A stretch of 64,000 nt of DNA from assembly GCA_045541375.1 (NCBI GenBank), contig JAZQJB010000144.1:87493-151492 (forward strand). Direction: 5' to 3'. Source of the stretch: Eubacteriales bacterium. GTDB lineage: Bacteria; Bacillota; Clostridia; Oscillospirales; CAG-272. Positions 47,963 to 58,457 of this stretch are shown here, one piece after another. Numbering within the stretch: the first letter of the stretch is position 1; the number at the start of each line of letters is the position of its first letter. The notes below the pieces were generated by a model that saw nothing but the letters and a program-made list of their open reading frames with translations, did not search any database and had not been told where the DNA came from. The position numbers and the translations under genes are program-made.

Positions 47963-48789
47963 CACATAGAATATCCCCAAGTAATAAAATTCAGTAAAAC
48001 CAATCCAACAGCAGCAATGATCATAAAGAACAATGCAAAGTAATCGGTTGCTTTCATTTTTGTTATTGTCATTCTCGTTCTGCCCTCGCCTCCGTGATAG
48101 CATCTGCACTCCATCGCGGTAGCGAGCTCATCGGAGCGTCTAAACGCAGACACAAAAAGCGGAATGAGAATGGGGATCAAGGCCTTAGCCCTGCTTATGA
48201 GCGATCCGCTCTCAAAATCAGCACCTCTTGCTTTTTGTGCAGTCATGATCTTCTCTGTCTCTTCTGAAAGAGCCGGAATAAATCTAAGAACGATCGACAT
48301 CATCATTGCAAAATCGTGAACTGGTACTTTTATAGCCTTAAGTGGAGAAAGCAAGGATTCAATGGCATAAGTCAGTTGTATGGGAGTTGTGGTAAAAGAT
48401 ATAAGAATACTGGAAGACAGAATCAGGCAAAGAATTCGGATTGCAATAAACAATGAATTCCAGATTCCTTCGATATATATCTTAAAAATCCACCAGTTTA
48501 ATACGGGTTCGCCTTCGCCTTTTGTTAAAAAGATATTGATTATAAAAGTAAAAACAAGAATGAACACTATTGCACGCAATGATCTTAAAACAACTTTCAA
48601 AGGGATTTTGGAGATCAATACGATAATCAGTGTCAAGATGAGCAAAGCTGCAAAAGAAGCAAGGCTCTGACAAAAGAAAACTGATATAATGAAAATTGTT
48701 GCAAGCAGTATTTTGGTTCTGCCATCTAAACGATGTATCAAAGAATCGGCAGGATAATACTGTCCAAGCGAGATACTCTTCATCAGCAT
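47962..48789 (-). CDS. ecfT: Energy-coupling factor transporter transmembrane component
   Basis: 275 aa polytopic with a conserved ARG-containing coupling helix (AQKARGADF). It follows two ecfA genes. Confidence 0.9.
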   Translation of the reverse strand: MLMKSISLGQYYPADSLIHRLDGRTKILLATIFIISVFFCQSLASFAALLILTLIIVLISKIPLKVVLRSLRAIVFILVFTFIINIFLTKGEGEPVLNWWIFKIYIEGIWNSLFIAIRILCLILSSSILISFTTTPIQLTYAIESLLSPLKAIKVPVHDFAMMMSIVLRFIPALSEETEKIMTAQKARGADFESGSLISRAKALIPILIPLFVSAFRRSDELATAMECRCYHGGEGRTRMTITKMKATDYFALFFMIIAAVGLVLLNFITWGYSM

Positions 48790-49646
48790 TTACCTCCGCC
48801 AAGATTATTCATTATAAAATCTACCGCATGTTGTACTGTATATATCGGTTTGTCTATCTTTATACCACTTTCAGCCAACAACATAGAGATTCTGGTAATT
48901 TCCGGAACGTCGAGACCTGCCTTCAGGAGAATTTGGGGCGAAGAAAACACCGACTCTACACTTCCTGAAACGATAAGCTCAGAGTTGCAGAGCACCGCAA
49001 TGTTATCGCACCTCTCTGCCATATCCTCCATGCTGTGAGAAACAATGATTACTGTTGCATTCTCGCTACGGCGATATTCCTCAATTGCATCAAAAATATT
49101 GCGTCTGCCCTCAGGATCCAAACCAGCTGCCGGCTCATCAAGGACAAGGACTTCCGGCTTCATTGCCATAATGCCGGCAATTGCCACTCTTCGTTTCTGT
49201 CCACCGGAGAGCTCAAAAGGAGATTTTTCGAGAACCGATGGATCGAGACCCACAAGCTGCGAATAGTGCACAACTCTTGTTGCAATCTCATCCTTATCAA
49301 GCCCCATATTTGTTGGTCCAAACGCGATATCAGCAGCTACAGTTTCTTCAAATAGCTGGTATTCTGGGTATTGCATAACAAGACCGACTTTAAATCTTAC
49401 CTTACCAATACTCTTTGGATCTTCCCAAATATCCGAACCATCAAGAAGGACCTTACCGGAAGACGGACGTTCAAGACCGTTGAAAAGTCTGACCATAGTC
49501 GATTTACCCGATCCGGTATGCCCGATAATGCCGGTTATCTTACCTGACTCGATTATTAAATTAATATTTTTGAGCGCAACGGACTCAAAAGGGGTACCCG
49601 CGCCATAAATATAATTTACATCAATTAATTCTAATTTATGATTCAT
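48783..49646 (-). CDS. ecfA2: ECF transporter ATPase component A2
   Basis: Walker A GHTGSGKST, ABC signature LSGGQKRR, Walker B VLVLDEP. Confidence 0.9.
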   Translation of the reverse strand: MNHKLELIDVNYIYGAGTPFESVALKNINLIIESGKITGIIGHTGSGKSTMVRLFNGLERPSSGKVLLDGSDIWEDPKSIGKVRFKVGLVMQYPEYQLFEETVAADIAFGPTNMGLDKDEIATRVVHYSQLVGLDPSVLEKSPFELSGGQKRRVAIAGIMAMKPEVLVLDEPAAGLDPEGRRNIFDAIEEYRRSENATVIIVSHSMEDMAERCDNIAVLCNSELIVSGSVESVFSSPQILLKAGLDVPEITRISMLLAESGIKIDKPIYTVQHAVDFIMNNLGGGKC

Positions 49647-49671
49647 TATTGAAAATACACCGGCCTCAGAG

Positions 49672-50538
49672 TCAGCTATTCAAAATAGTCAACACCTGCG
49701 CGGCCGCATCCTTAGCTGTAATAGAAATATCGGAAATATCAATTCCGCGTTTAGAAAGTTCCAAAAGCAAGGCAGCAGACTGCGGTAACTCAAGACCTGC
49801 ACGTTTGATAAGCTCCGCGTCAACGAATATTTTTGACGGAGGCGCATCTGCAATTATCTTGCCTTTATCAATGACAATTATTCGGTCCGCTCTGACAGCC
49901 TCACTCATATGATGCGTGATATTGATTACGGTTATGCCGTGCTCACGCACAAGCTTTTCCATAACGTCAAGCACTTCAAGTCTGCCGATCGGATCAAGCA
50001 TTGCAGTTGATTCATCGAAGATCATACAATCGGGCATCATCGCAATTATTCCTGCAATAGCAACTCTTTGCTTCTGTCCCCCCGAAAGCCTGTGAGGCTC
50101 ATGCTTAGCATATTCGCTCATACCGACCGAAGCTAAAGCATCATCAACACGCTTTCGTATTTCGGAAGAAGGCACGCCGATATTCTCAGGACCGAATGCA
50201 ACGTCTTCCTCGACAATAGTGGCAACTATCTGGTTGTCGGGATTTTGGAAGACCATTCCTATACTTCTTCTTAATTCGATAATTTCATCATCGGAAAGCT
50301 CACCGCACACAGATTTGCCATCAATGCGCAAATCTCCGCCGGTTGGCTCCAAGACAAGATTAAGAAGTTTTGCAAAGGTCGACTTGCCCGAACCGTTTCG
50401 ACCTACGACAGCAACATATTCCCCACGATTAATGACAGTGCTTACGCCTTTGAGCGCAAACATTTGCTCGTTATCGGATGAAGAAGAATCATCGTAGGCG
50501 AATTTCAGATCTAATGCTTCAATAAAGGGAGTGCTCAT
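49672..50538 (-). CDS. ecfA1: ECF transporter ATPase component A1
   Basis: Walker A GRNGSGKST, LSGGQKQR, Walker B MIFDES. Start set at the ATG at 50538 (MSTPFIEA). Confidence 0.9.
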   Translation of the reverse strand: MSTPFIEALDLKFAYDDSSSSDNEQMFALKGVSTVINRGEYVAVVGRNGSGKSTFAKLLNLVLEPTGGDLRIDGKSVCGELSDDEIIELRRSIGMVFQNPDNQIVATIVEEDVAFGPENIGVPSSEIRKRVDDALASVGMSEYAKHEPHRLSGGQKQRVAIAGIIAMMPDCMIFDESTAMLDPIGRLEVLDVMEKLVREHGITVINITHHMSEAVRADRIIVIDKGKIIADAPPSKIFVDAELIKRAGLELPQSAALLLELSKRGIDISDISITAKDAAAQVLTILNS

Positions 50539-51419
50539 TTGCCACCCCCTCCGGCTGATGTCCACCTAGCACTTGCACCTGCAGGGAGTGCCGTTCCGCG
50601 CGATTCAACAGGAAGAGCAATCTCCCCTGCTTCACATTTTCCGCCAAATCTCGACGTGATCTTAAGGTCGATCATGTATTTCATTGTCAGGGGCGAAAGT
50701 CCAGTTGTGTATGAGTTAACTAGGAAGAAAAGCGGACGATCGGATAGCAATGAGGCGCAAAGTGTAATAAGTTCATCAATTGCCTCTTCTATCTTCCAAA
50801 CTTCTCCGGATGGACCTCTGCCGTAAGATGGAGGATCCATAATAATTGCTTCATATTTGTGACCGCGCCTGATCTCGCGCTCAACAAACTTTTTGCAATC
50901 ATCAACAATGTAACGGATGTGAGCGTCCGCAAGTCCCGAGAGGGCTGCATTTTCCTTCGCTTGAGCTACCATGCCTTTTGCGGCGTCAACATGACACACA
51001 GAAGCACCCGCGGCAGCCGCAGCAATGGTGGCACCACCTGTATATGCAAAGAGATTGAGCACTTTGACGGGATACGGACAATTAGAAATCAATCCTGAAA
51101 ACCAATCCCAGTTCACAGCCTGCTCGGGGAACAGTCCCGTATGTTTAAATCCCATTGGTCTCAGAACAAAGTTTAGGTTTCCATAAGACACATTCCACTC
51201 TTTCGGAAGTTTGTTGACCTTCCAACCTCCGCCTCCGGAAGAAGAGCGATTATATACTCCGTGTGCATTTCTCCACTCGGGTAAGATTTTTTCTGTTTTC
51301 CAGATAACTTGGGGGTCGGGGCGCACGAGAATATACTTTCCCCATTTCTCAAGTCTTTCACCGTCAGAGGTGTCAAGAAGTTTGTAATCTTTCCAGTTTT
51401 CAGCAATCCACATGATCAA
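50535..51419 (-). CDS. Class I SAM-dependent (rRNA) methyltransferase, RlmI/YwbD-like without a PUA domain
   Basis: 294 aa with the Rossmann SAM motif NLFAYTGGATIAAA and IIMDPPSYG. Confidence 0.75.
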   Translation of the reverse strand: MIMWIAENWKDYKLLDTSDGERLEKWGKYILVRPDPQVIWKTEKILPEWRNAHGVYNRSSSGGGGWKVNKLPKEWNVSYGNLNFVLRPMGFKHTGLFPEQAVNWDWFSGLISNCPYPVKVLNLFAYTGGATIAAAAAGASVCHVDAAKGMVAQAKENAALSGLADAHIRYIVDDCKKFVEREIRRGHKYEAIIMDPPSYGRGPSGEVWKIEEAIDELITLCASLLSDRPLFFLVNSYTTGLSPLTMKYMIDLKITSRFGGKCEAGEIALPVESRGTALPAGASARWTSAGGGGK

Positions 51420-51925
51420 ATCTGTCCATTAAAGTATTTTGCAATTCTCGAACCGCCGCAATGGGCGTGGCAGATAGCAATTGCAAGAGCATCTGCCGTA
51501 TCATCAGGTTTTGGTGGGGCGGGCAATGATAGCAATAGAGAAACCATAGTTATAACCTGCTTTTTATCGGCTCGTCCATAGCCTACTACCGATTGTTTTA
51601 CCTGCAAAGGTGTATATTCTGATATTGGAATATTATGATGTTCTGCACAGAGCAGTATAACCCCGCGCGCTTCCGCAACGCGAATACCGGTAGTAATATT
51701 GGTATTAAAAAACAATTCTTCAACAGCGATAGCCTCAGGTGAGTATCTCTTTATAATTGTTGATAGATCGCTGTAAATCTGCACAAGCCGTTTTTCAACC
51801 GGAACTTTTGATGGAGTTTCAATTGCTCCGTAATCTATCGGTTTGTGCCTGGAGCCGTTAGATTCTATAATTCCCCAGCCGATTGTTGCTAACCCAGGGT
51901 CGATTCCTAAAATTCTCATAATCAT
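51416..51925 (-). CDS. ruvC: Crossover junction endodeoxyribonuclease RuvC
   Basis: RILGIDPGLATIGWG with the characteristic acidic residues and size. Confidence 0.93.
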   Translation of the reverse strand: MIMRILGIDPGLATIGWGIIESNGSRHKPIDYGAIETPSKVPVEKRLVQIYSDLSTIIKRYSPEAIAVEELFFNTNITTGIRVAEARGVILLCAEHHNIPISEYTPLQVKQSVVGYGRADKKQVITMVSLLLSLPAPPKPDDTADALAIAICHAHCGGSRIAKYFNGQI

Positions 51926-51956
51926 ATTCCGCCATTCAAATAATAAACCATCTTAA

Positions 51957-51985
51957 ATTATATCACAAAAAATGCATCTTGTCAA
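51957..51985 (-). promoter_or_regulatory. Consensus sigma-A promoter upstream of ruvC
   Basis: Minus strand: TTGACA, 17-nt spacer, TGA-TATAAT (perfect -35 and -10, extended -10). Confidence 0.7.
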
Positions 51986-52057
51986 ATATCTTTGTGAATA
52001 AAATATAATAAAAATTGTGTCTTTTATAATCTTTAAGCAAAAAATCAAGAAAATCTG

Positions 52058-52086
52058 TTTACACTGAGATTTTTTTATGTTATAAT
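52058..52086 (+). promoter_or_regulatory. Sigma-A promoter of yfhO-ruvAB
   Basis: TTTACA, 17-nt spacer, TGT-TATAAT. Confidence 0.6.
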
Positions 52087-52117
52087 ATATGTAATTATTA
52101 ATTTTATGGAGCTTGCT

Positions 52118-54970
52118 ATGACTGCCAACTTTGTTAATTTTGGTAAACGAAATAATAAAACAAGTCTTTCGGGAAAATCTTTCTTTAGCTTTGATAAGAG
52201 CTATTCTTATCTGGCGTATTGCTTTATTATTCCCACTGTTCTGTACTTTCTGATATATCTTTCTATGGGCTTGCATCCCTTTGGAGATGGTTCAGTGCTT
52301 GTTCTCGACCTCAATGGCCAGTACGTATACTTTTATGAAGCTCTGAGAAACGCCGTAATGGGCGACAATTCTCTGCTTTATTCTTTTGCAAGACAGCTTG
52401 GCGGAGAATTTTTGGGAATATACGCATACTATGTTGCAAGCCCATTCTCTTATATTGTCTGCCTCTTCCCCCAAGACAGAATTCTTGAAGCTTTGCTTTG
52501 CATCTTTCTCATCAAAGCAGGTATTTCCGGTTTTTCAATGGGGTATTACTTGCATAAGACAGCCAAGCGCTTAAACAAAACCAACGTCATCATCTGCTCG
52601 GTTCTTTATTCTATGTGTTCTTATGCAGTGATCCAACAGCATAACTCAATGTGGATCGATGCTCTGATGTGGTTGCCTCTGCTTACGCTCGGCATCGAGG
52701 AACTTATCAAGAATTACAAGTACAAGCTCTACGTAATTATGCTTGCCTTGATTCTGATGAGTAACTTTTATATCGGATATATGGCATGTATTTATACCGC
52801 GGCGTATTTCTTCTATTACTATTTTGCAAATAATGAAAACGACCGAAATAATCCAAATTCAGAAAATGCTCATTTTATCAAGTCACTTTTAAGAATCGGC
52901 GTGTTTTCGGTAATCGCGATCGGCATTTCAATGGTCATTGTTGCGTCTGCATACTATTCGCTTCAATTCGGTAAAAATGAGTTTTCAACCCCCAATTTCT
53001 CTTTTACTGTAAGATTCCAGATCATCGACTTCCTTACAAAATTCTTCCCCGGATCCTATGATACCGTTCGCCCGGAGGGCCTGCCGTTCGTTTATTGCGG
53101 TGTTTTAACTTTGTTCTGCGTACCGCTATATTTCCTCTCCAAAAAATTCACAACAAGAGAGAAAGTATTTGCAGCAGGATTTATTGCGTTCTTTGTGCTC
53201 AGCTTCTCGATCAACACACTTGATATGATCTGGCACGGATTCCAAAAACCCAACTGGCTTAATTACAGATATTCGTTTATGCTTTGCTTCGTTCTTGTGG
53301 TTTTGGCTTATAAAGGACTTGGAGAAATCAGACGTGCTTCTGCGCGGACAATAGCCTTTATCAGTTCAATTATGATTATTTTCCTCGCAGTTGCGCAGAA
53401 ATTCAATTACCACGCCGTAGTTGAAAGACTAAACGGAAAAGTCGAGTTTGATCAGCCGCTAAAAGAACTGGAAATGATATGGCTTTCTATACTTTGCGTT
53501 GTAATGATCTGTATCATCCTTTGTGTGATGATCAGAACACGCAGAAGACAGACTGCCGCACTTATGCTGCTTGTATTTGTATGTATCGAAGCTTTCGGAA
53601 GCGGAATCGTTGGATGTGTTGAATTCGGCGATGATGTTATATATTCTTCGTACTCAAGCTACAATGATTTTGTAGGAAATTTAAGACCTCTCACAGACGC
53701 GATCGTTGAAAATGACGAATCTTTCTTCAGATACGAAAAGAACGTACACAGAAAGTATTGCGACAATATGGCGTTAAATATCAGAGGATTGACAAATTCG
53801 ACGTCTACTCTAAACAAAGAAACGATAAACTTCCTGGCAAATATCGGATATGCCTCAAAATCCCACTGGTCAAAATACCTCGGAGGTAATCTGATAACTG
53901 ATTCACTTTTGGGAATCAAATATATTATTGATGAAGAAGACTCAATAATTTCGAACTATTACGAAATCACGGATCTCGAGGAAGCGGAATATAAGAGCTC
54001 ATATTATTATGCCTTCATCAATGATTATGCATTGTCTTTGGCTTATTCCGTTGACTCTTCGGTGTTGGATTTCGAATTTAACGCTGAAACGCCTATTGAA
54101 AATGTGAATTCTTTGCTTAACGCTATGCTCGGCGCTGATGAAGAGATCCAATATTTCGTTCCTGTTGAACACACGGAAGACTCAACCAATCTTTCAACAA
54201 AAAAGAACTCCTCTTACACCGAATATCGACCGGAAGTTACCGGCTCCGCCGCAACTTTGACATATATTTTTACAGCACCGACAGAAGGAGAATATTTCTT
54301 CTATCTTCCCTCTGATTATCCGCGTGAAGTAACGCTCAAGGTAAACGGAAAGTCCAACGGTACTTTTTATGCAAGCGAAACAAAGCGCATCGTATCGCTC
54401 GGTTATTTCGACGCAGAAGAAGTTGTAAATGTTGGTATGACACTGCAAGCAGACGTTCTTTACGTTACCCCCGACACGCCATCCATTTATTATATGGATG
54501 TTGAAAGCGCCAAGAACGCGCTTTCGATTCTTTCCGAAGAGCAATTCAATATTGGAACGGATTGGAAGGAAGACGATTTTAGCGGAACTTATACAACAAG
54601 CAAAGAATCCACAACCGTGCTCACCACTCTTCCCTACGACGAAGGTTGGAAGCTTTATATCGACGGAGAACCCGCTGATTATTCCAAAGCGCTCGATGCT
54701 TTGATTGCCTTTGAAATCGAAGGTACCGGAGACCATACCGTTCGTCTGAAATACGCCCCCAAGACATTTACGCTCGGACTTACTATTTCGATACTGTCCG
54801 CACTTTTGTTTGTCATGATCATAGTGCTGGAAAAGCCCATAACCGCTATTTTGTCAAAAGTTGTGTTTTCTAAATCCCGGTCTGATTTTGAGGAAAATGA
54901 ACTTCCTCAGAATGAATCGGATATTGATGACATCGACACAGAATCGTCAGTTAACACCGAAGCGGAATAA
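52118..54970 (+). CDS. YfhO family membrane glycosyltransferase-like protein
   Basis: About 950 aa with more than 10 N-terminal TM helices, a large extracytoplasmic domain and a C-terminal TM. Start set at the ATG at 52118 with TGGAG 7 nt upstream. Confidence 0.75.
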   Translation: MTANFVNFGKRNNKTSLSGKSFFSFDKSYSYLAYCFIIPTVLYFLIYLSMGLHPFGDGSVLVLDLNGQYVYFYEALRNAVMGDNSLLYSFARQLGGEFLGIYAYYVASPFSYIVCLFPQDRILEALLCIFLIKAGISGFSMGYYLHKTAKRLNKTNVIICSVLYSMCSYAVIQQHNSMWIDALMWLPLLTLGIEELIKNYKYKLYVIMLALILMSNFYIGYMACIYTAAYFFYYYFANNENDRNNPNSENAHFIKSLLRIGVFSVIAIGISMVIVASAYYSLQFGKNEFSTPNFSFTVRFQIIDFLTKFFPGSYDTVRPEGLPFVYCGVLTLFCVPLYFLSKKFTTREKVFAAGFIAFFVLSFSINTLDMIWHGFQKPNWLNYRYSFMLCFVLVVLAYKGLGEIRRASARTIAFISSIMIIFLAVAQKFNYHAVVERLNGKVEFDQPLKELEMIWLSILCVVMICIILCVMIRTRRRQTAALMLLVFVCIEAFGSGIVGCVEFGDDVIYSSYSSYNDFVGNLRPLTDAIVENDESFFRYEKNVHRKYCDNMALNIRGLTNSTSTLNKETINFLANIGYASKSHWSKYLGGNLITDSLLGIKYIIDEEDSIISNYYEITDLEEAEYKSSYYYAFINDYALSLAYSVDSSVLDFEFNAETPIENVNSLLNAMLGADEEIQYFVPVEHTEDSTNLSTKKNSSYTEYRPEVTGSAATLTYIFTAPTEGEYFFYLPSDYPREVTLKVNGKSNGTFYASETKRIVSLGYFDAEEVVNVGMTLQADVLYVTPDTPSIYYMDVESAKNALSILSEEQFNIGTDWKEDDFSGTYTTSKESTTVLTTLPYDEGWKLYIDGEPADYSKALDALIAFEIEGTGDHTVRLKYAPKTFTLGLTISILSALLFVMIIVLEKPITAILSKVVFSKSRSDFEENELPQNESDIDDIDTESSVNTEAE

Positions 54971-54983
54971 GGAGGATCAATAA

Positions 54984-55598
54984 ATGTTTTATTACATCAA
55001 AGGTAAACTTGTTCTGAATGAAGACTCTATGGCGGTAATTGATGCGAACGGCGTTGCTTATGCTATGACAGTAAGCTCAAATACGCAAGCAGCAATATCC
55101 TCAAAGAGTTTCAACGGTGAAACAGAGATCACTCTATTTACCCATCTGTCGGTAAGAGAAGACGGAATTGAATTATTTGGATTCAACAGTAAAGACGAAT
55201 TGCATATGTTCAAACTTCTGACCTCTGTATCAGGCATAGGACCCAAAGCCGCAATGTCCTTGCTTTCTTATATGACCCCGGATGGTATCGCGCTTGCGAT
55301 CTGCACCGAGGATAAGAAAGCGATCTCAAAGGCTCCCGGAATAGGTCCAAAAACCGCTGCAAGGGTGATTCTTGAACTTAAAGATAAAGTCCACGGATCT
55401 TCCTCAACCATATCAAGCTCCGATATTCAAACTTTTGCTCCTGTTTCCGACTCGGGCAAGTACGGAGAGGCGATTGACGCTTTGACCGTTCTGGGCTTCC
55501 ATAGATCTTCGGCCGAAGACGTTCTCAAAACAATTGACGTTGCTAACTCCGAGCTCGAGGATATTATCAGAGAAGCGCTTAAAAAACTTATGAAATAA
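54984..55598 (+). CDS. ruvA: Holliday junction branch migration complex subunit RuvA
   Basis: MFYYIKGKL N-terminus and HhH motifs (SGIGPKAA, PGIGPKTA). RBS AGGAGG. Confidence 0.95.
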   Translation: MFYYIKGKLVLNEDSMAVIDANGVAYAMTVSSNTQAAISSKSFNGETEITLFTHLSVREDGIELFGFNSKDELHMFKLLTSVSGIGPKAAMSLLSYMTPDGIALAICTEDKKAISKAPGIGPKTAARVILELKDKVHGSSSTISSSDIQTFAPVSDSGKYGEAIDALTVLGFHRSSAEDVLKTIDVANSELEDIIREALKKLMK

Positions 55599-55615
55599 AC
55601 TTTTAGGTATATGAA

Positions 55616-56689
55616 ATGAACGAAGAATTTGATTTCGAAAACCGAATACTCAACTCGTCATATATTCCGACTGAGGATGAATACGACACTTCCCTGCGTC
55701 CCCACCGTCTTGACGAATATATCGGCCAGGAAAAGGTTAAAGAGAATCTGAAGGTATATATCGAGGCTGCAAAAATGCGTAAGGATACGCTTGATCATGT
55801 TTTGCTGTACGGCCCTCCCGGTTTAGGTAAGACAACCCTTGCGGCTATTATTGCAGCAGAAATGGGCGTAAACTTCAGAGTTACCTCGGGTCCTGCAATA
55901 GAAAAGCAAGGAGATTTGGCAGCTCTGTTGACAAATCTGCAGCCAGGAGACGTGCTTTTCATAGACGAAATCCATCGCTTACAAAGATCTGTTGAAGAAA
56001 TACTCTATCCTGCAATGGAAGACCACGCAATTGATATAATTATAGGCAAGGGACCCGCAGCAAGAAGTATTCGTATCGATCTTGCTCCTTTCACCCTTAT
56101 TGGCGCAACAACACGTGCTGGACAGCTTTCCACGCCGCTGCGTGACAGATTTGGCGTGATTTCAAGGCTGGAATTGTACTCACCCGAACAACTCGCTTCA
56201 ATCGTCACAAGAAGCGCAGGGATCTTGGGATTGCCTATTAATTCGGAGGGGGCTCTCGAGATTGCTTCCCGATCACGCGGTACTCCAAGAATAGCCAACA
56301 GATTACTTAAACGAGTAAGAGATTTTGCCCAAGTCAAAGGCAAAGACACAATAGATGCAGAAATCGCATCATTTGCTCTCGGACGCCTTGAAATAGACTC
56401 CCTCGGACTTGACAACACTGACAGACGAATGCTTGAGGCTATCATTTCCTATTATAACGGAGGTCCCGTTGGACTCGAGACTCTTGCAGCCACCGTAGGC
56501 GAAGAAGCCGTTACACTCGAAGACGTCTATGAGCCATATTTGATACAGATAGGTTTCCTTTCAAGAACACCTCGGGGACGATGTGCTACTTTCCGAGCTT
56601 ATGAGCATCTTGGAATCCGCCCGCCGCTCACTGGTGCGCAAGCTATACTCGATCAAATGAAGATCGATGATGAGTGCACTGAAAACTGA
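55616..56689 (+). CDS. ruvB: Holliday junction DNA helicase RuvB
   Basis: [12 protein letters not shown], Walker [18 protein letters not shown]. Confidence 0.96.
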   Translation: MNEEFDFENRILNSSYIPTEDEYDTSLRPHRLDEYIGQEKVKENLKVYIEAAKMRKDTLDHVLLYGPPGLGKTTLAAIIAAEMGVNFRVTSGPAIEKQGDLAALLTNLQPGDVLFIDEIHRLQRSVEEILYPAMEDHAIDIIIGKGPAARSIRIDLAPFTLIGATTRAGQLSTPLRDRFGVISRLELYSPEQLASIVTRSAGILGLPINSEGALEIASRSRGTPRIANRLLKRVRDFAQVKGKDTIDAEIASFALGRLEIDSLGLDNTDRRMLEAIISYYNGGPVGLETLAATVGEEAVTLEDVYEPYLIQIGFLSRTPRGRCATFRAYEHLGIRPPLTGAQAILDQMKIDDECTEN

Positions 56690-56703
56690 TCACGGAGTAT
56701 ACT

Positions 56704-57468
56704 ATGACAAATAAAACAAAATCTATTTTTTCTTTGCAATTTCCAATTTATCTGATTTCTTTATTATTGATTATTCTGACCTCATGTGTTCTTTCCCCGA
56801 TATATATGCAGGTCGGTAACGATGTTGTGTTTATGTATACAATAGTTCCAATAGTTCTGAACTATGCAATACTGTTGTTCGAAACAATGTATCTTGCGCT
56901 TGTGCTGGCTTGCGTGTCTCATTCTGTTTATGCCATTAATAAAGGCACAGCAAAAACGGTTCCGTCCATAGTCTATCCACTAGCTTTAGTATTCATTAAA
57001 CATACATTGAATTTGCTGGTGTCATCAATAATAGACAGCTATATTGACGTTACCTTCGATCTGCCGGTCACAATTATGCTTATGGGGGTTGACGCACTTA
57101 TTATCGCTCTGGTGTGGGTAGTTGCAGATCGCAAGTTTAAAAGACATTGTGAACGCGAAAAAAAACTTTTAAAGGCATCAAAATATCTCGATACAGTGGA
57201 TATTGATGAATCGATTGCTATATATCCGTTTAGAGGATTCTTTAATTTCAAGAATCCGGTAATCATAGCAATTTTTACCGGAGCAGCAATTATAACCGCA
57301 TCTATGTTAATGCAAAGAGTCTACGCAGATTTATTCATACTCGGTGCACCCGAAACGGTCTTTGAAATCGGAGAAATCGTTTTATCCTATTTATTTGATA
57401 TTCTGCTCGGCTTTGCAGGATATGCTACTTCATATTTTGCTGCATCTTATATTTTTACTCGTAGCTAA
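56704..57468 (+). CDS. Hypothetical polytopic membrane protein
   Basis: 254 aa with about 6 TM helices and no recognisable motif. Confidence 0.55.
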   Translation: MTNKTKSIFSLQFPIYLISLLLIILTSCVLSPIYMQVGNDVVFMYTIVPIVLNYAILLFETMYLALVLACVSHSVYAINKGTAKTVPSIVYPLALVFIKHTLNLLVSSIIDSYIDVTFDLPVTIMLMGVDALIIALVWVVADRKFKRHCEREKKLLKASKYLDTVDIDESIAIYPFRGFFNFKNPVIIAIFTGAAIITASMLMQRVYADLFILGAPETVFEIGEIVLSYLFDILLGFAGYATSYFAASYIFTRS

Positions 57469-57500
57469 AACAAACATATTTATAAAGGTAGGTACTTATT

Positions 57501-58307
57501 ATGAATTCTTCCTGGCTTAATCTCGAAGGCAAAACAGTAATTGTTACAGGTGGCGCTTCCGGAATTGGTTACGCAACGGTAACAGAATTTCTTGCAGACG
57601 GCGCTAACGTAGTTGTTGCAGATATGAATCCCAATGCGCCCGAATTTGATAAGGCGTGCGGCGACTACATCTACGTTCCTTGCAACGTAACAAAGAAGGC
57701 AGACATTGACAATGTAATCACCAAGGCTGTTGAAAAGTATGGCAAGATCGACGTTCTTGTCAACAATGCGGGAATCAATATTCCGCGCCTTCTCGTAGAT
57801 CCCGGTCAGCAGTATGAACTTGACGAGGTTGTATGGGATAAGGTTATGAATGTTAACGTAAAAGGCCTTTTCCTCATGACTCAGGCTGCTGCAAGAGTAA
57901 TGGTTTCTCAGGGCGCAGGTGTAATTATCAATGTTTCCTCAGAATGCGGACTCGAGGGTTCGGAGGGACAGAGCGTTTATGCAGCATCAAAGAACGCAGT
58001 AAACTCCCTCACCCGTTCATGGGCGAAAGAACTCGGCAGACTTGGCGTTAAGGTTGTAGGCATTGCTCCCGGTATCCTTGAGGCAACCGGTCTTCGTACC
58101 ATTTCTTATGAAACTGCTTTGGCTTATACTCGCGGCATAAGTGTCGATCAGCTTCGTGCTGGATACTCCAAGACAAGCACCACGCCTCTCGGACGCTCCG
58201 GAAAACTTTCCGAAGTTGCATCCTCCATCGCCTTCCTCGCTTCCGAGCGTTCAGCATATATCCACGGCACTACTATCAATATCGCAGGCGGAAAGACCCG
58301 CGGTTGA
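57501..58307 (+). CDS. SDR family oxidoreductase
   Basis: TGGASGIG cofactor loop, NNAG, and the catalytic S...YAASK. Confidence 0.88.
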   Translation: MNSSWLNLEGKTVIVTGGASGIGYATVTEFLADGANVVVADMNPNAPEFDKACGDYIYVPCNVTKKADIDNVITKAVEKYGKIDVLVNNAGINIPRLLVDPGQQYELDEVVWDKVMNVNVKGLFLMTQAAARVMVSQGAGVIINVSSECGLEGSEGQSVYAASKNAVNSLTRSWAKELGRLGVKVVGIAPGILEATGLRTISYETALAYTRGISVDQLRAGYSKTSTTPLGRSGKLSEVASSIAFLASERSAYIHGTTINIAGGKTRG

Positions 58308-58314
58308 TTTATTT

Positions 58315-58360
58315 ACAGCAGCAATAAGCTTGCCTTGTTGCTGCTGTTTCTATCTTTTTC
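58315..58360 (+). terminator. Intrinsic terminator after the SDR gene
   Basis: ACAGCAGCAA / TTGCTGCTGT stem with a 13-nt loop, followed by a T-rich tract. Confidence 0.65.
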
Positions 58361-58392
58361 TACAATAATCATAAAAATCGCGGTTTTTGTAC

Positions 58393-58421
58393 TTGACCAA
58401 ATTCAATTTATGTTGTATAAT
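58393..58421 (+). promoter_or_regulatory. Sigma-A promoter of the M23 peptidase gene
   Basis: TTGACC, 17-nt spacer, TATAAT. Confidence 0.6.
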
Positions 58422-58457
58422 ATAATAGAATAAAAATACAGCAATTTGGAGTTATAG

